DNA from: Octopus sinensis
Lineage: Eukaryota
Assembly: GCF_006345805.1 (NCBI RefSeq)
Contig: NC_043017.1
Coordinates: forward strand, 3,720,001-3,784,000
Direction of reading: 5' to 3'
DNA length: 64,000 nucleotides
The notes below the pieces were generated by a model. The model was not told the origin of the DNA, made no database searches, and saw only the letters and a program-made list of their open reading frames with translations. Both the position numbers and the translations under genes were made by a program. Positions 41,051 to 54,446 of this stretch are shown here, piece by piece. Position 1 is the stretch's first letter. Each line of letters opens with the position of its first letter.

Positions 41051-41327
41051 TATGATAATAGATACTTATGTATCAATATCAATATATTTCTTTCATTTTT
41101 TTTCTTTTTCAGAAAGGAATCTTCCTCAAAGACGAACACATAAAAAGTATTGTTTCCAATCGTGGCCATCAAGACCGTTTTCTCTGTCTCAACTTCCAGA
41201 AGATTTATTATTTTATGTAAAGAGTTTCCCATATAATATCTTCAGTTGAGAGATGCGATAATTATTTTCTCTCAACTTTTGTTATTTTTAATTTCTTTTC
41301 TCTAAACTCTTACTTATTCTTTTTATA

Positions 41328-42088
41328 TTAGGTTGTCCTACATGAGAAATGAATAAGCAAAAGTTATAAAATTTTTTTTTCTTAATCAAAATAACCTACG
41401 TTGCCTTCAACAATTTTTTTTCCATCATCTTGAGAGTCTATATACTGCCTTGGAAAATATTATTGTCTTTCGAAGCTATAAATTACTCAAATGCTGTGAT
41501 TGACTTTGCTTGCATACTTTTTCGTGTTGATGAAAAGTTGAAGAAAAAAGAACAGGTCGCCAAACAAAGCATCTTCTTTACAGCACTTAAATCATGTGGA
41601 ATAAATTTGTTCAGCTCTTTCAACTTACTGATCGTTGCAAGATGAAGTCCTATAAAATCGTTCTAATTATTGCCAAGAGCACGAACACCATGTTCCAATG
41701 TTTCCTCATTGACCAATCATGGAGGGAGTTTCTAGATCGAAATTTATTGAACCATATTCTTTCTGTTCTGCTGTACAAGTTCCCATTCGAAATGGAACAT
41801 TGACAGTTTCGTTCGCTTTAGAGACATTTTCATCGAGTCTAAAATCATAGAACGGTAAAAGTCTGACTTCTTTCCTGGACAGCGTCTAAAAAGGCTAAGA
41901 ACATTAAATTTGTCTTATAGTCCACAATACAGTTAAAATTTTCTAGATCTGATGTCAGCAAATTGTGTAGAAAAATGCAGCACATGTCTGGTAAATTTAA
42001 AAGAAAGAGTTGATGCTTTAACATTTATCAGATACACTCTCACAAAAACAAATTTTAGAAAGAGTTCATCTCACGTGGGACAACCAAA
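41328..42088 (-). mobile_element. Internally deleted mariner element with TIRs
   Basis: Left TTAGGTTGTCCTACATGAGAAATGAA and right (reverse complement) TTTGGTTGTCCCACGTGAGATGAA, each flanked by TA; decayed transposase N-terminus on - (YDFRLDENVSKA...). Confidence 0.8.
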
Positions 42089-42512
42089 TATTTCTCTTTG
42101 ATAATAATTTTACAGTCTTTAAAAGTAAGGTTTCATAATTTCTCCTTCTCTAATTATAATTTTACAATCATTGCTTAAACTTTTGCTTGTTTTTTTTTCA
42201 TTTTTCTCTTTCTTTAATCATAATTTTATGCTCATTCTTTAAATATTTGCTTTCATCATTTTCTCTTTAATTGTAATTTTACACGAACATTTTTTTAAAT
42301 TTCTTTTTCTTTGATTATATTTTTACACTAATTCTTTAAATCTTCCGTTTTTCTTCCTTCTAATATCATTTTTAAGCGTTTTTTTTAACTAACAATAGCC
42401 AGTTCAATGTTCAGCGCACAGGATATTTTACACATAAGCTGCATCAATGTTAAATATTCTGAACACTTGAAGTATTGTATTTTACATCAGCTCTTTGAGT
42501 TGAATTGTAAAG

Positions 42513-42565
42513 AATAAAAATATAAATGGCAATAAAACTGTTATATATATATATATTTATTTATT
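42513..42565. terminator. Opposed polyadenylation signals between genes A and B
   Basis: + strand AATAAA at 42513-42518 and 42531-42536; - strand AATAAA at 42556-42561 and 42560-42565; a (TA)n run lies between them. Confidence 0.4.
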
Positions 42566-43686
42566 ATGGTTTTAATTTCATGCATGCGCATTGTTTGTTT
42601 TTGATTTTATCAACTACACAGCATAGTAGGGTCAGTTGGGCATCCCAATTCAAATTTTCCAATTTATCCACAACTTGAATACTATTACCTCAAATGGCGC
42701 GCTATACGTACCTGTTATCAAAATTAATACTAACCAGGTAACACTGGCTACTGTAAGCAACAGGAAAATAGAGAAAATAATAAGGTCTTCGATAAGATCT
42801 TTTCTTATAAGAAAAATCCCTATTTTATTCATAATCTACAAATTCATGTTGCGTTATGTACTTGACCATTTGCCTGTTTGAGTTTAGTTGACTGGTTTAA
42901 TTGAGAAATTACACAAAAAGTAGTTATTTAAAAAACTTTTTATTGTTTGTAATTATGGAAAGAAAATCCTACAAAAGAAAATTTGTGATACTCCTTCAAG
43001 ATATTAAAAGAAATTCATTCACCATTAATTCCAATAAAATTAATTCGTTCTTTCCGATATTGCCACTTATAATCCTTTTATTTGTGTATGTAATAATACA
43101 AAGTGGCATGCATATATTTTACTGCCACAAATATAAAACAAAAGCTATTGAAATTCACTGCGAAGGAAATATTTTAAATATTTTAATCGGTGGAGATTTT
43201 CTAACGTCCACCATTGTTTCCAGAGCCTCCAAGGTTCGTGAGGGGAAAGAGATTATCCTTAGGTGAAAAAAACCTAGCTTTTTTGCTTACAAAATAGTGG
43301 AGTTGACTTCTCTGAAAACATCCAAAGACCAGGTGATGGTACTAAACTGAGCGATAATATCAGTCTACCGCAGAAAATATAATGGTAAATAACGTTGGTT
43401 AATATTTCATAATCGTCACGAGATATCACGTAAAGAAAACTAAAAGTAGTGCTGTGCTTTATCATTCATTTATCATTCTCTCTTTGGAGAGAATCCTGTA
43501 AAAAAAAAGGAAGACACAAACAGCAAAATTAAAGTTAGCAGTAGAGTTATTTTACGCAAGTATAACTATAATGAAAGGCAATAGGACTATGAAACTCGGC
43601 CGAACTGTTCGAAAAACTTTGTCCTCTCAGCTAAGAAAAAAGCACAGGCGCTCAGCAGTTGTCTTTCTTATATTGAATTACTCCAT

Positions 43687-43725
43687 TCAGTCAAATACCA
43701 ATTTTGATACAAAGGCAGCACATAT
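43687..43725 (-). CDS. Gene B exon 11 (last LTD strand and stop)
   Basis: Strong acceptor TGTTTTCAATTTTCAG; [12 protein letters not shown]; fits the final beta-strand position of the LTD. Confidence 0.7.
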   Translation of the reverse strand: MCAAFVSKLVFD

Positions 43726-44421
43726 CTGAAAATTGAAAACAGATAACAAATCAATGAATATCGGAAGTTACATGACCTTTTGGAATGTCAAATTGATGGG
43801 GCACCACTCGTTTGACTGTCCACTTTTATGCGCTGTGTCTAGGATATAAATATGACGGGCGAACTATCGTACTTGTACGTGTGAGTGACAACACGCGAAC
43901 GTATACATACATACATATATATATTTACATACACACACATACACACACACAAACACACAAATATATACACTTGTATATATATATATATATATATAAATAT
44001 AGGGATGGTATTATTAAATTACCATCACAAGTGGTAAGCGAATTATTAGCCGTACAGGCAAATTAATAAAATACATACATACAATATTAGATATGAACAT
44101 ATATACAGAAGGGTACTACATTAGTACCTATATCGCTAATTATAGAAGTCAAAAAATACTTCTGTTCTACCGAAAAGTCATAAATCTATTACAGACAAGA
44201 TAGGAAAAAATATCAGTGAACAATAATAATGTATCACCCCAATGAGTCAGAACAAGTAAATTCTGGCCAGCTCGGTACCGGTTTCGAAATTTAGCGCCAC
44301 CTAGACGCGTGATTTCTCATCAGCCAAAGCCCACCAGCTAAATAACTATTAACATTCTCCCCCATCATGCTTGCGAACTTTCGCGTTGTTGTGTTTTCCC
44401 TTTGTGCTTTCATGTTTGTAT

Positions 44422-44465
<44 letters not shown>

Positions 44466-44777
44466 TAATCCAAACATGAAAACACAAAGAGAAAACACAA
44501 AAACGTGAGGACGTGGAACAAGTATAGTGTTACTGGACGCTCAGGGAAGAAGGAAAGAAGGAGGCTTCAATGTTTCTAGCGGAGCCCTTCGTCAGAAACA
44601 TAGGAAAAGGAAAGATCCAAAGAAGGGAAGACGGACGGAAAAAATCGCCAACAGTACATACGCGGTTACATTTTGAATGACCGGAAGGGAATGGATGAAG
44701 AAAAAGTTCTTTCAAATATACATACACACACGCATATATATATATATATATATACATATATATATACACATAGATAT

Positions 44778-44812
<35 letters not shown>

Positions 44813-45782
44813 CGATATGATTTGTAAGCAATTAATTATTAAAGTGGAAAAAAATTCACGGAAAAGTCTTGCTTGTTCATTTTGTTTCTCCGATATATAA
44901 CACCATATATATCTGCTCATAAACTACTTCTGATTCCATGCTCTCATCGTGCAGTAATCAAACAGTCTTGCATAAAGAACCAGGCACGATCCATTCATTT
45001 CATCCCAGTACGCATATCCTGTTTAACTGATAACACCTTCGGCTTAAAGAGACCTTGAAAGGTATGGATTATGCCCCCTTTCTTTCAGAAATTTTCTTCA
45101 CCAATATTTTCTCATACGTTTTCTTGTTTTCGAATTTTACTTGCAAAGTCGCCATATTATTTGATCATGAACGATTGCCATCTTATCACAGCACAATCTT
45201 AGCATGAAACTCGAAGTAGCTCACGTATAACTCACGCATTTGTTAAACTGCATATATGTATATGTGTGCGTGAGTGTATGTACGTGTATATGTATGCGTA
45301 CATGCATACATACATATATATGTGAAATACATATTTATGAAATGAGGAGGGAGCGATATTCTAAAGCACGGAATAAAGGAATCTTACCTTATTATTGTTG
45401 TTTTTCAAAGTAATTGTCGAAGGATTACTCAATGCAGACCATTCCGAGACTGTGGAGGACACAATGCCACTTTCTACAGAACCGTGTTTGTGTCCCCAAA
45501 TCTAGAAATCGAAAGAAATTATTATTACTATTATTATTATAGAATACTTCGCACAGTGTCCAATATTGTGATGTTGTAGATTGAAGACATTGTGTGTTCC
45601 GGGGGTTTGTAGTGTCTGTCAAGTCACAACAAGGACCTCAAACACATAGTGCTTCACGCTTCTTTTTGAAGGCATCCACGTCCACATTGTACAGGTTTCT
45701 TAATGTCTTTTGGCAGGGAATTCAAAAATTGCTGGCCTTTGAACTCTAAGCTATTGCCGTACTTGGTTCTAACTTTAGATGG

Positions 45783-45830
<48 letters not shown>

Positions 45831-45877
45831 ACATAGATAGATACATACATACATACATACATACATACATACATACA

Positions 45878-45913
<36 letters not shown>

Positions 45914-46252
45914 TCATGCGTTCCTTAGAAGTGACCCACTGTAACAGAATTTTTCACTCTAGTCAAATACAACGAACTACTCCAAAACATCGTTAGATCA
46001 TTAGAATATATTTTGACATCTATTAACTGAAGGAGATCTTGTGTAAGGGAATGCATTTACTTTTATATACTCTTTACTCTTTTACTTCTTTCAGTCATTT
46101 GACTGTGGCCATGCTGGAGTACCGCCTTTAGCCGAGCAATTCGACCCCAGGACTTATTTTTTGTAAGCCTAGTTCTTATTCTATCGGTCTCTTTTGCTAA
46201 GTTACGGGGACATAAACACACCAGCATCGGTTGTCAAGCGATGTTGGGGGAT

Positions 46253-46290
<38 letters not shown>

Positions 46291-47843
46291 CATATATATA
46301 TATATATACGACGGGCTTCTTTCAGTCTCCGTCTACCAAATCCACTCACAAGGCTTTGGTCGGCCTGAAGCTATAGAAGAAGCCACTTGCCCAAGGTGCC
46401 ACGCGGTGGGACTGAACCCGGAACCATGTGGCTGGTAAGCAAGCTACTTACTACACAGCCACTCCTACGCTTATCTGAAAAATACGTGTATTACATGTCT
46501 TCAAAACAGTATTTACCCTGATTTCATTATTACAAGATACATTTTGTTATTTCGCTTAGGCAAAGCGACATTAATAACTTTGTGTTAGAAATCAATGTAT
46601 TTATGCTTCAGCAGTGTCAGTAGCGTGCAGAGCAGTAATAAGGAATTAAATCTCTCTCTATATGAAGCTGAAGTTGTGTGTTGTATGGCAGGTTTGGTAG
46701 CCTTCAACTAACACTCCTCCGAGACCCTGCAGCGCAAGTTGACCAAAATTGAGAGTATGATAGAAGAAGGCTTGCTCTTCATTCCATAAAAGAAAAAATT
46801 CAACTCGGACCATGTTAACACCAAAAATTATTTACATCAAAAAGGTGCTTTTTTTCTATGAAAATCCCTATTTTTTACGATTTTTTGACTGCTGTGTCGC
46901 CATTTTTCGGTGTATTTCAACCAGAAAAATGTTCACTTAAAGAGAATAACAAGCTACATAATGCAAAATTTTTACTTTTCAAAAATTCCAATTCTAAAGG
47001 GTCGAAACAAACCCGAGCAACGCCGGGTGATACTGCTAGTAAATGATAAGGGAATAAGAAATCATGTCCTGAATTGATTACTTCAGATCTGTTTCTGCCA
47101 GAAGATACAATGCACTCATAGTGGAGAGTTTTTAGGTGTGGCTGTGTGTTGAGAATCTTGCTTCCCACCACATGGTTCCGGGTTCAGTCCCACTGCATGG
47201 CACCTTGGGCGAGTGTCTTGTATTATAGCCTCGGGCCGATTACAGCCATGTGACTGGATTTGGTACATGGAGACTGAAAGAAGACCGTCGTATATGTATA
47301 AATACGGTAAGGAGGAGGTAATGATATTTGTACAAACTGAAGACAGGCTCATTGACCTGAAGAATCAGTGACTGAAGAATCATCAATATAGAGATGAGAT
47401 ATTACAGCTAAAATATCAGAAACAAATTAACCTTTTTAATGTTGCTGCTTAGTGTATTCGATAGCGCATCTTATCGATAGATAAGAGTTTTGATTTCGTC
47501 ACTGAGCGGCCTGTTTCTGTCCGCGTTTTCAATTGGTGCTAATAAGGAGAGATACATTTTAAGAACAACGAGCATTTCAAGAAAAGAAGTAAAAAAAAAA
47601 ACTTACCTTGATGAATTTACTAGAACTGAACACGTTACTGTCTGTAAATGTATGTGTATAGCTCTCACCATTTTCTGTTGCTTGGGTTAATGTCCAATCC
47701 TTCACGTTTGTTGCATTCTATGATTTGAAAAATTTGTCAAAAATACAAGATTGCATGAGAATAACTTTTTATATGGATTATGAATATATCATTATATTTT
47801 GTATAGTGGGCATATTTATTGCATGTCTATATACACTACTTAC

Positions 47844-47877
<34 letters not shown>

Positions 47878-47897
47878 GTATATATATATATATATAT

Positions 47898-47967
<70 letters not shown>

Positions 47968-48513
47968 TTCTTTCTGATATATTGCATTCTGTTCTAATTT
48001 ATTTAAGAGGGTAGTTTATAATTGAATTGGACGTGCGTGCATTTGACTGATATTTCTAGAATGTGAAGTAACTTCATAAAACCTACCCCGTTGCCCTCTG
48101 CGCCTCTATGTGTCTACTTATTTGTAGTTAAGAGTCTATATGTATTGTACTTACGTTATCTGATTTACGAATGCTGTGATGATATAGAAAATAATAATAA
48201 TAATAAAAAAAGGAAAGATAATCTGTCCTTATATTTCTTACCTCTAGAGACTTATCTTTAAGTTCAATGTATTTTCCATCGGGGTCTAATTCAATGATAG
48301 ACACAGTCCCTTTTGTAGTGCGTTCCACTTTGATTCTTCCCATTAAGAAATCTGCAAATGAAGGGTACCTTAATGCTATATCTTATTCATATACGAATGA
48401 TAAATTAATGTCATGATAGGGCTCGACAGCTCGAAAGAGTACAAAGTAAAATTAACATGTATCAATACGTAAGCACCAAAATACAACAAAAGCAACATAA
48501 ACTCTGTGCAGAT

Positions 48514-48603
<90 letters not shown>

Positions 48604-48966
48604 ATTAGGGATAAATCCAAACTTACAGGGAAAAATTAGATGTAGGATTAAATCCAATTTTATAGTATAAATATATTATATTATATTATATTAAATTAGA
48701 GATAAAACCACTATTAGGCAAATCAAACAGTGAAAAACATAAGCCAATACATAAAGTTAATTAAAAAATATAAAAGTTAAAAATAAAAAATTATTTAAAT
48801 AATTTAAACTTATAAATTTTATATATATACAAATATATATATGTATGTATGTATATTTTAATATTTATATATTATTTTATTTATTAATTAATTAATTTAT
48901 TTATTTTTTTTATATATCAAAAGTATTAAAAGTTTAATAAAAGATAAAGAGTGGTTTTATCTCTAA

Positions 48967-49022
<56 letters not shown>

Positions 49023-51003
49023 AACACCGAATACATTCCCAAAATTTGAATCCGCTGCTAGTTCACCTCAAGATGCTAATCCTCAGCAACACAGAAAAGG
49101 GAAATCATGTCAATTTTATACACGTAAAAATAATCAAATTTCTCATGTAAAAAATGCGAGAAAATGTGTTATGGTAATCATACGGCTGGGAAAGGGATTA
49201 GGATAACAGGCACATCATACGGCTGGGAAAGGGATTAGGATAACAGGCACATCATACGGCTGGGAAAGGGATTAGGATAACAGGCACATCATACGGCTGG
49301 GAAAGGGATTAGGATAACAGGCACATCATACGGCTGGGAAAGGGATTAGGATAACAGGCACATCATACGGCTGGGAAAGGGATTAGGATAACAGGCACAT
49401 CATACAATTGAAAGGGTAATGGCTAATTCAAAATATAACATAAAGTGTTTAAAATCACTAATTTTGTAACGATAGTTCATATTCTTTTTTTTTTTTCACA
49501 TGCACTAATTTTATAAAATTGTGCAATATATTTCTTTTTTTCTGCGTCAATATTTTTTTAATTCTAAGGCGGCGAGCTGGCTGAACCGTTAGCACGCCGG
49601 GCAAAATGCTGAGCGGTGTTTCGTCTGTCATTACTGTCTGAGTTCAAATTCCGCCAAGGTTGACTTTACCTTTCATCCTTTCGGGATCGATAAATTAAGT
49701 ACTAATTGCATACTGGGGTCCATTTAATCGACTGGCCCCCTCCCCAAAAATTTCGAGCCTAGTGCCTAGAGTAGAAAAGAATTTGTTTTTTAATTTTAAG
49801 GTGGCGAGCCGGCAGGAACGTTAGCACGCTGGGCGAAATGCTTAGCGATATTTTGTCTGCCGTTACGTTCTGAGTTCAAATTCCGCCGAGGTCGACTTTT
49901 CCTTTCATCCTTTCGGGGTCGATTAAATAAGTACCAGTTAAGCACTGGGGTCGATCTAATCGACTTAATCCGTGTGTCTGTCCTTGTTTGTCCCCTCTAT
50001 GTTTAGCGTGTGTGTGAGTCTGTGTTTGTGTGTGTGTACGTGCATGTGTGTACATATATATACGTGAAAACTGAATAAGAAAGCCAAGAACACCTACTTA
50101 ACTCATTTCCCAGTGCATTAGCCTGTACGTTTTCACTCTGTGTTTGGTGTTCGTGTACTGGAATCACTATTTCATCAAGGTTCTTCCTGTGGTAATGAAA
50201 TATATTCGGAGAAATTGCTATTGTAGTTTTAAAAAATCATTTATGTAAACAACCTAATAAAATCATGGAAGACGCCAATTTGGCACGAAAACTATTATAT
50301 TAACTTTTCACCTAGATAGTGAGGTGTGAAAACTTTTGCTCCGGAATTGCTATCTGCTCTGTGATGCAGTTCCATTGGATGGAAGCACTCCGGTTCCGGT
50401 TGATCCGATCAACGGAACAGCCTGCTCGTGAAATTAACGTGTAAGTGGCTGAGCACTCCACAGACACGTGTACCCTTAACGTAGTTCTCGGGGATATTCA
50501 GCGTGACACAGAGAGTGACAAGGCCGGGCCTTTGAAATACAGGTACAACAGAAACAGGAAGTAAGAGTGAGAGAAAGTTGTGGTGAAAGGGTACAGCAGG
50601 GATCGCCACCACCCCCTGCCAGAGCCTCGTGGAGCTTTAGGTGTTTTCGCTCAATAAACACTCACAACGCCCGGTCTGGGAATCGAAACCGCGATCCTAC
50701 GACCGCGAGTCCGCTGCCCTAACCACTGGGCCATTGCGCCTCCACGCAGTTCCATTACCATACTCTGAAATAAAAACCCTGTTCTGTTTGTTTGTTAGTA
50801 GTAGTTGCGGTGAGCGTGCCGGACCCTAAAAGGCTAAACATTCTGAGGTGTGGTGGAAGAAGGCCTCGAGAATGGATGGTCAGCCGTTTTTTAAGAAAAA
50901 ATACTTAGTTACTCAGCTAATGTAGTAATTTATCAATCTGAAAAAGATTGATTTGATATCATAAAGAGAGAAAGAAAGAAGTATTGATGTTTGTGTGTAT
51001 GTG

Positions 51004-51049
<46 letters not shown>

Positions 51050-51116
51050 CTATACACTGAAGGTAGTGCTCCTACATGGCCACAGTCAAATGACAGAAAC
51101 AAGTAAAAGAATAAAA

Positions 51117-51185
<69 letters not shown>

Positions 51186-51233
51186 CATTATATATATATA
51201 TAAATACATATATATGTATACATGTTTATGTGT

Positions 51234-51271
<38 letters not shown>

Positions 51272-51885
51272 TGTGTGCGTGTGTGCGTGTGTGTGTGTGT
51301 GTGTGTGTAAGTATGTACATGGATCAAACAGTTTGATTCAAATTCGTTTGTACCCTTGAGTTTCAAGCGCGATGCTAGTCGTCAACTCAAATGCTCCAAC
51401 GAATTTGAATCAAACTCTTTTGATCCACGTGACCTTCTTTCGTTTCTTCATTCACTGATATATGCATATATATATATATATATATATATATACTCTCAAA
51501 CTAAGCTAAGAGCATTAGATTCCTTGGAAGAAAGCAGCGAATGTATACAAGAACAAGGACGGAAAAAAAACGGACAATGTTACACAAATGCAATAAAAAT
51601 AATAAGAGGACATAACAACAGGTGTCTTTCGACAAAGGACGAACTAAATAAAGCATTACGGCAGGTATAAAGGTAAACGTTTTTATTTCACTTTCCATTT
51701 CAGAATTACAACTATTAGTGGTTTGGAGTTTAGCTGCTCTTTCTAGTGAGTCGGATGTTCTATTGTGGCCATCCCTTATATGTTTGAATGTATATTATAT
51801 AGTCTATTGACTATTTTCTCTCTCTCACTTGACCGCTGGTAGCGGAGAATTTTTCTAGAATTTTTTGCTACCCTAAAATTTATTA

Positions 51886-51977
<92 letters not shown>

Positions 51978-51983
51978 GTGTGT

Positions 51984-52052
<69 letters not shown>

Positions 52053-52624
52053 GTATGTACATGGATCAAACAGTTTGATTCAAATTCGTTTGTACCCTTG
52101 AGTTTCAAGCGCGATGCTAGTCGTCAACTCAAATGCTCCAACGAATTTGAATCAAACTCTTTTGATCCACGTGACCTTCTTTCGTTTCTTCATTCACTGA
52201 TATATGCATATATATATATATTATATATATACTCTCAAACTAAGCTAAGAGCATTAGATTCCTTGGAAGAAAGCAGCGAATGTATACAAGAACAAGGACG
52301 GAAAAAAAACGGACAATGTTACACAAATGCAATAAAAATAATAAGAGGACATAACAACAGGTGTCTTTCGACAAAGGACGAACTAAATAAAGCATTACGG
52401 CAGGTATAAAGGTAAACGTTTTTATTTCACTTTCCATTTCAGAATTACAACTATTAGTGGTTTGGAGTTTAGCTGCTCTTTCTAGTGAGTCGGATGTTCT
52501 ATTGTGGCCATCCCTTATATGTTTGAATGTATATTATATAGTCTATTGACTATTTTCTCTCTCTCACTTGACCGCTGGTAGCGGAGAATTTTTCTAGAAT
52601 TTTTTGCTACCCTAAAATTTATTA

Positions 52625-52714
<90 letters not shown>

Positions 52715-53870
52715 GTGTGTGGTGTGTGTGTGTGTGTGTGTGTTTCAGCTATGCAAAGTATTGCATCTACCGGATACAAAAGAACAGATCATGCAGCTGT
52801 TAAGAAATAGAGGGATTGGATTCATTATTTTCAAATTTAGAAATATTCACAGCAAAATAAATGCGGTCAGCAGAAAAAAAAAGATATCCGCATAAGTTGG
52901 AAGCCGTGGATTCAGCAAGGGAGACAATTCCGCCATAATTTACTGAACATGAAGTTTTCTCAACAGAAGTTTGACATTCTCTTAGCATTATTTAGTGTGT
53001 AAAGTCCTTTTGTTTACCTATTGTCGTCTCCATCAAGGAGTTTCCGGTAAGTTGAAATCTCCGTTTCCAAGGTGAGTTTAGAATCCATCAGATCTTTTAA
53101 TTGCTTCAAAAGTAATTCAATCTCCGAGCGCAGTTCATTGACTTTGAACTCATTTTCATTCCTCTCCTTCGTTTTTTGTTCTTGTATCATCTCCAGCTCG
53201 GCTTCTAATGAATTCATTTGATTTCTCAGGTTTGTAATCTTTCCAAATGAAATGAAATGCTCTCATTTTCGAAAAATTATGATAAAAACACACCACAGGG
53301 TTGTACATAGATTACAGATTATATAAAGCTAGAATAAAAATTAACAAATAAACAAAATTAACAAATTAAAAGTTAAAATTATAGGCGTGGGAGTGGCTGT
53401 GTGGTAAGTAGCTTGGGCAACTGTCTTCTGCTATAGCCTTGGGCCGACCAAAGCCTTGCGAGTGGATTTGGTAGACGGAAACTGAAAGAAGCCCGTCGTA
53501 TATATGTATATATATATATATATGTGTGTGCCTATGTGTGTGTGTGTGTGTGAATGTTTGTGTGTCTGTGTTTGTCCCCCCACAACTTCGCTTGACAACC
53601 GACGTTGGTGTGTTTACGTCCCCGTTATCTAGCGGTTCGGCAAAAGAGACCGATAGAATAAGTACCAGGCTTACAACGAATAAGTCCTGGGGTCGATCTG
53701 CTCGACTAAAAGCTGTGCTCCAGCATGGCCACAGTCAAATGACTGAAACAAGTAAAAGAGTAAAAGTAATTTTGATGAACTTAGAGCACTTTCTAACCAA
53801 AAGTGTGTTTGAGAGAACAAGGGACAGTTACAGGTGGGGATTCTTGTGATTCCTTCCGTCTAATGATTTC

Positions 53871-53935
<65 letters not shown>

Positions 53936-54200
53936 TCTCTTTCTCTCTCTCTCTCCGCCCCTCTCTCTCTGCTCTGCTCTACGAACCAAAAGACTTTATA
54001 TGAGATCGATGGTTGAGAGATTTTCTTACCGTGCCTTCATATTCTGATAATGTTTCCAGTGACTTCTTATTTTTGGAACGGAAATGCACGCTACACGAGG
54101 AATTGACTGTATCTGCATTTGTAGTTATCACGGGAAGACGAAATTCCTTGAGCTGTTAAATAATAATTATAATAAAAATGATGATGATGATGATGACGAC

Positions 54201-54263
<63 letters not shown>

Positions 54264-54355
54264 GATGATGATGGTGATGGTGATGATGACGATGATGATG
54301 ATGATGATGACGGTGAAGATGATGGTGATGGTGATGATGATGGTGGTGATGATGA

Positions 54356-54387
<32 letters not shown>

Positions 54388-54414
54388 ATGGTGATGGTGA
54401 TGGTGGTGATGATG

Positions 54415-54446
<32 letters not shown>

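Noticed and set aside
42090-42400. Loose ~50-65-bp periodic T-rich repeat as a regulatory array
   Set aside because: Highly degenerate low-complexity sequence; periodicity cannot be established by eye.
51356-52409. Duplicated ~104-aa ORFs as a small gene family
   Set aside because: TTG starts, internal (TA)n, no recognisable domain; a by-product of the intronic duplication.
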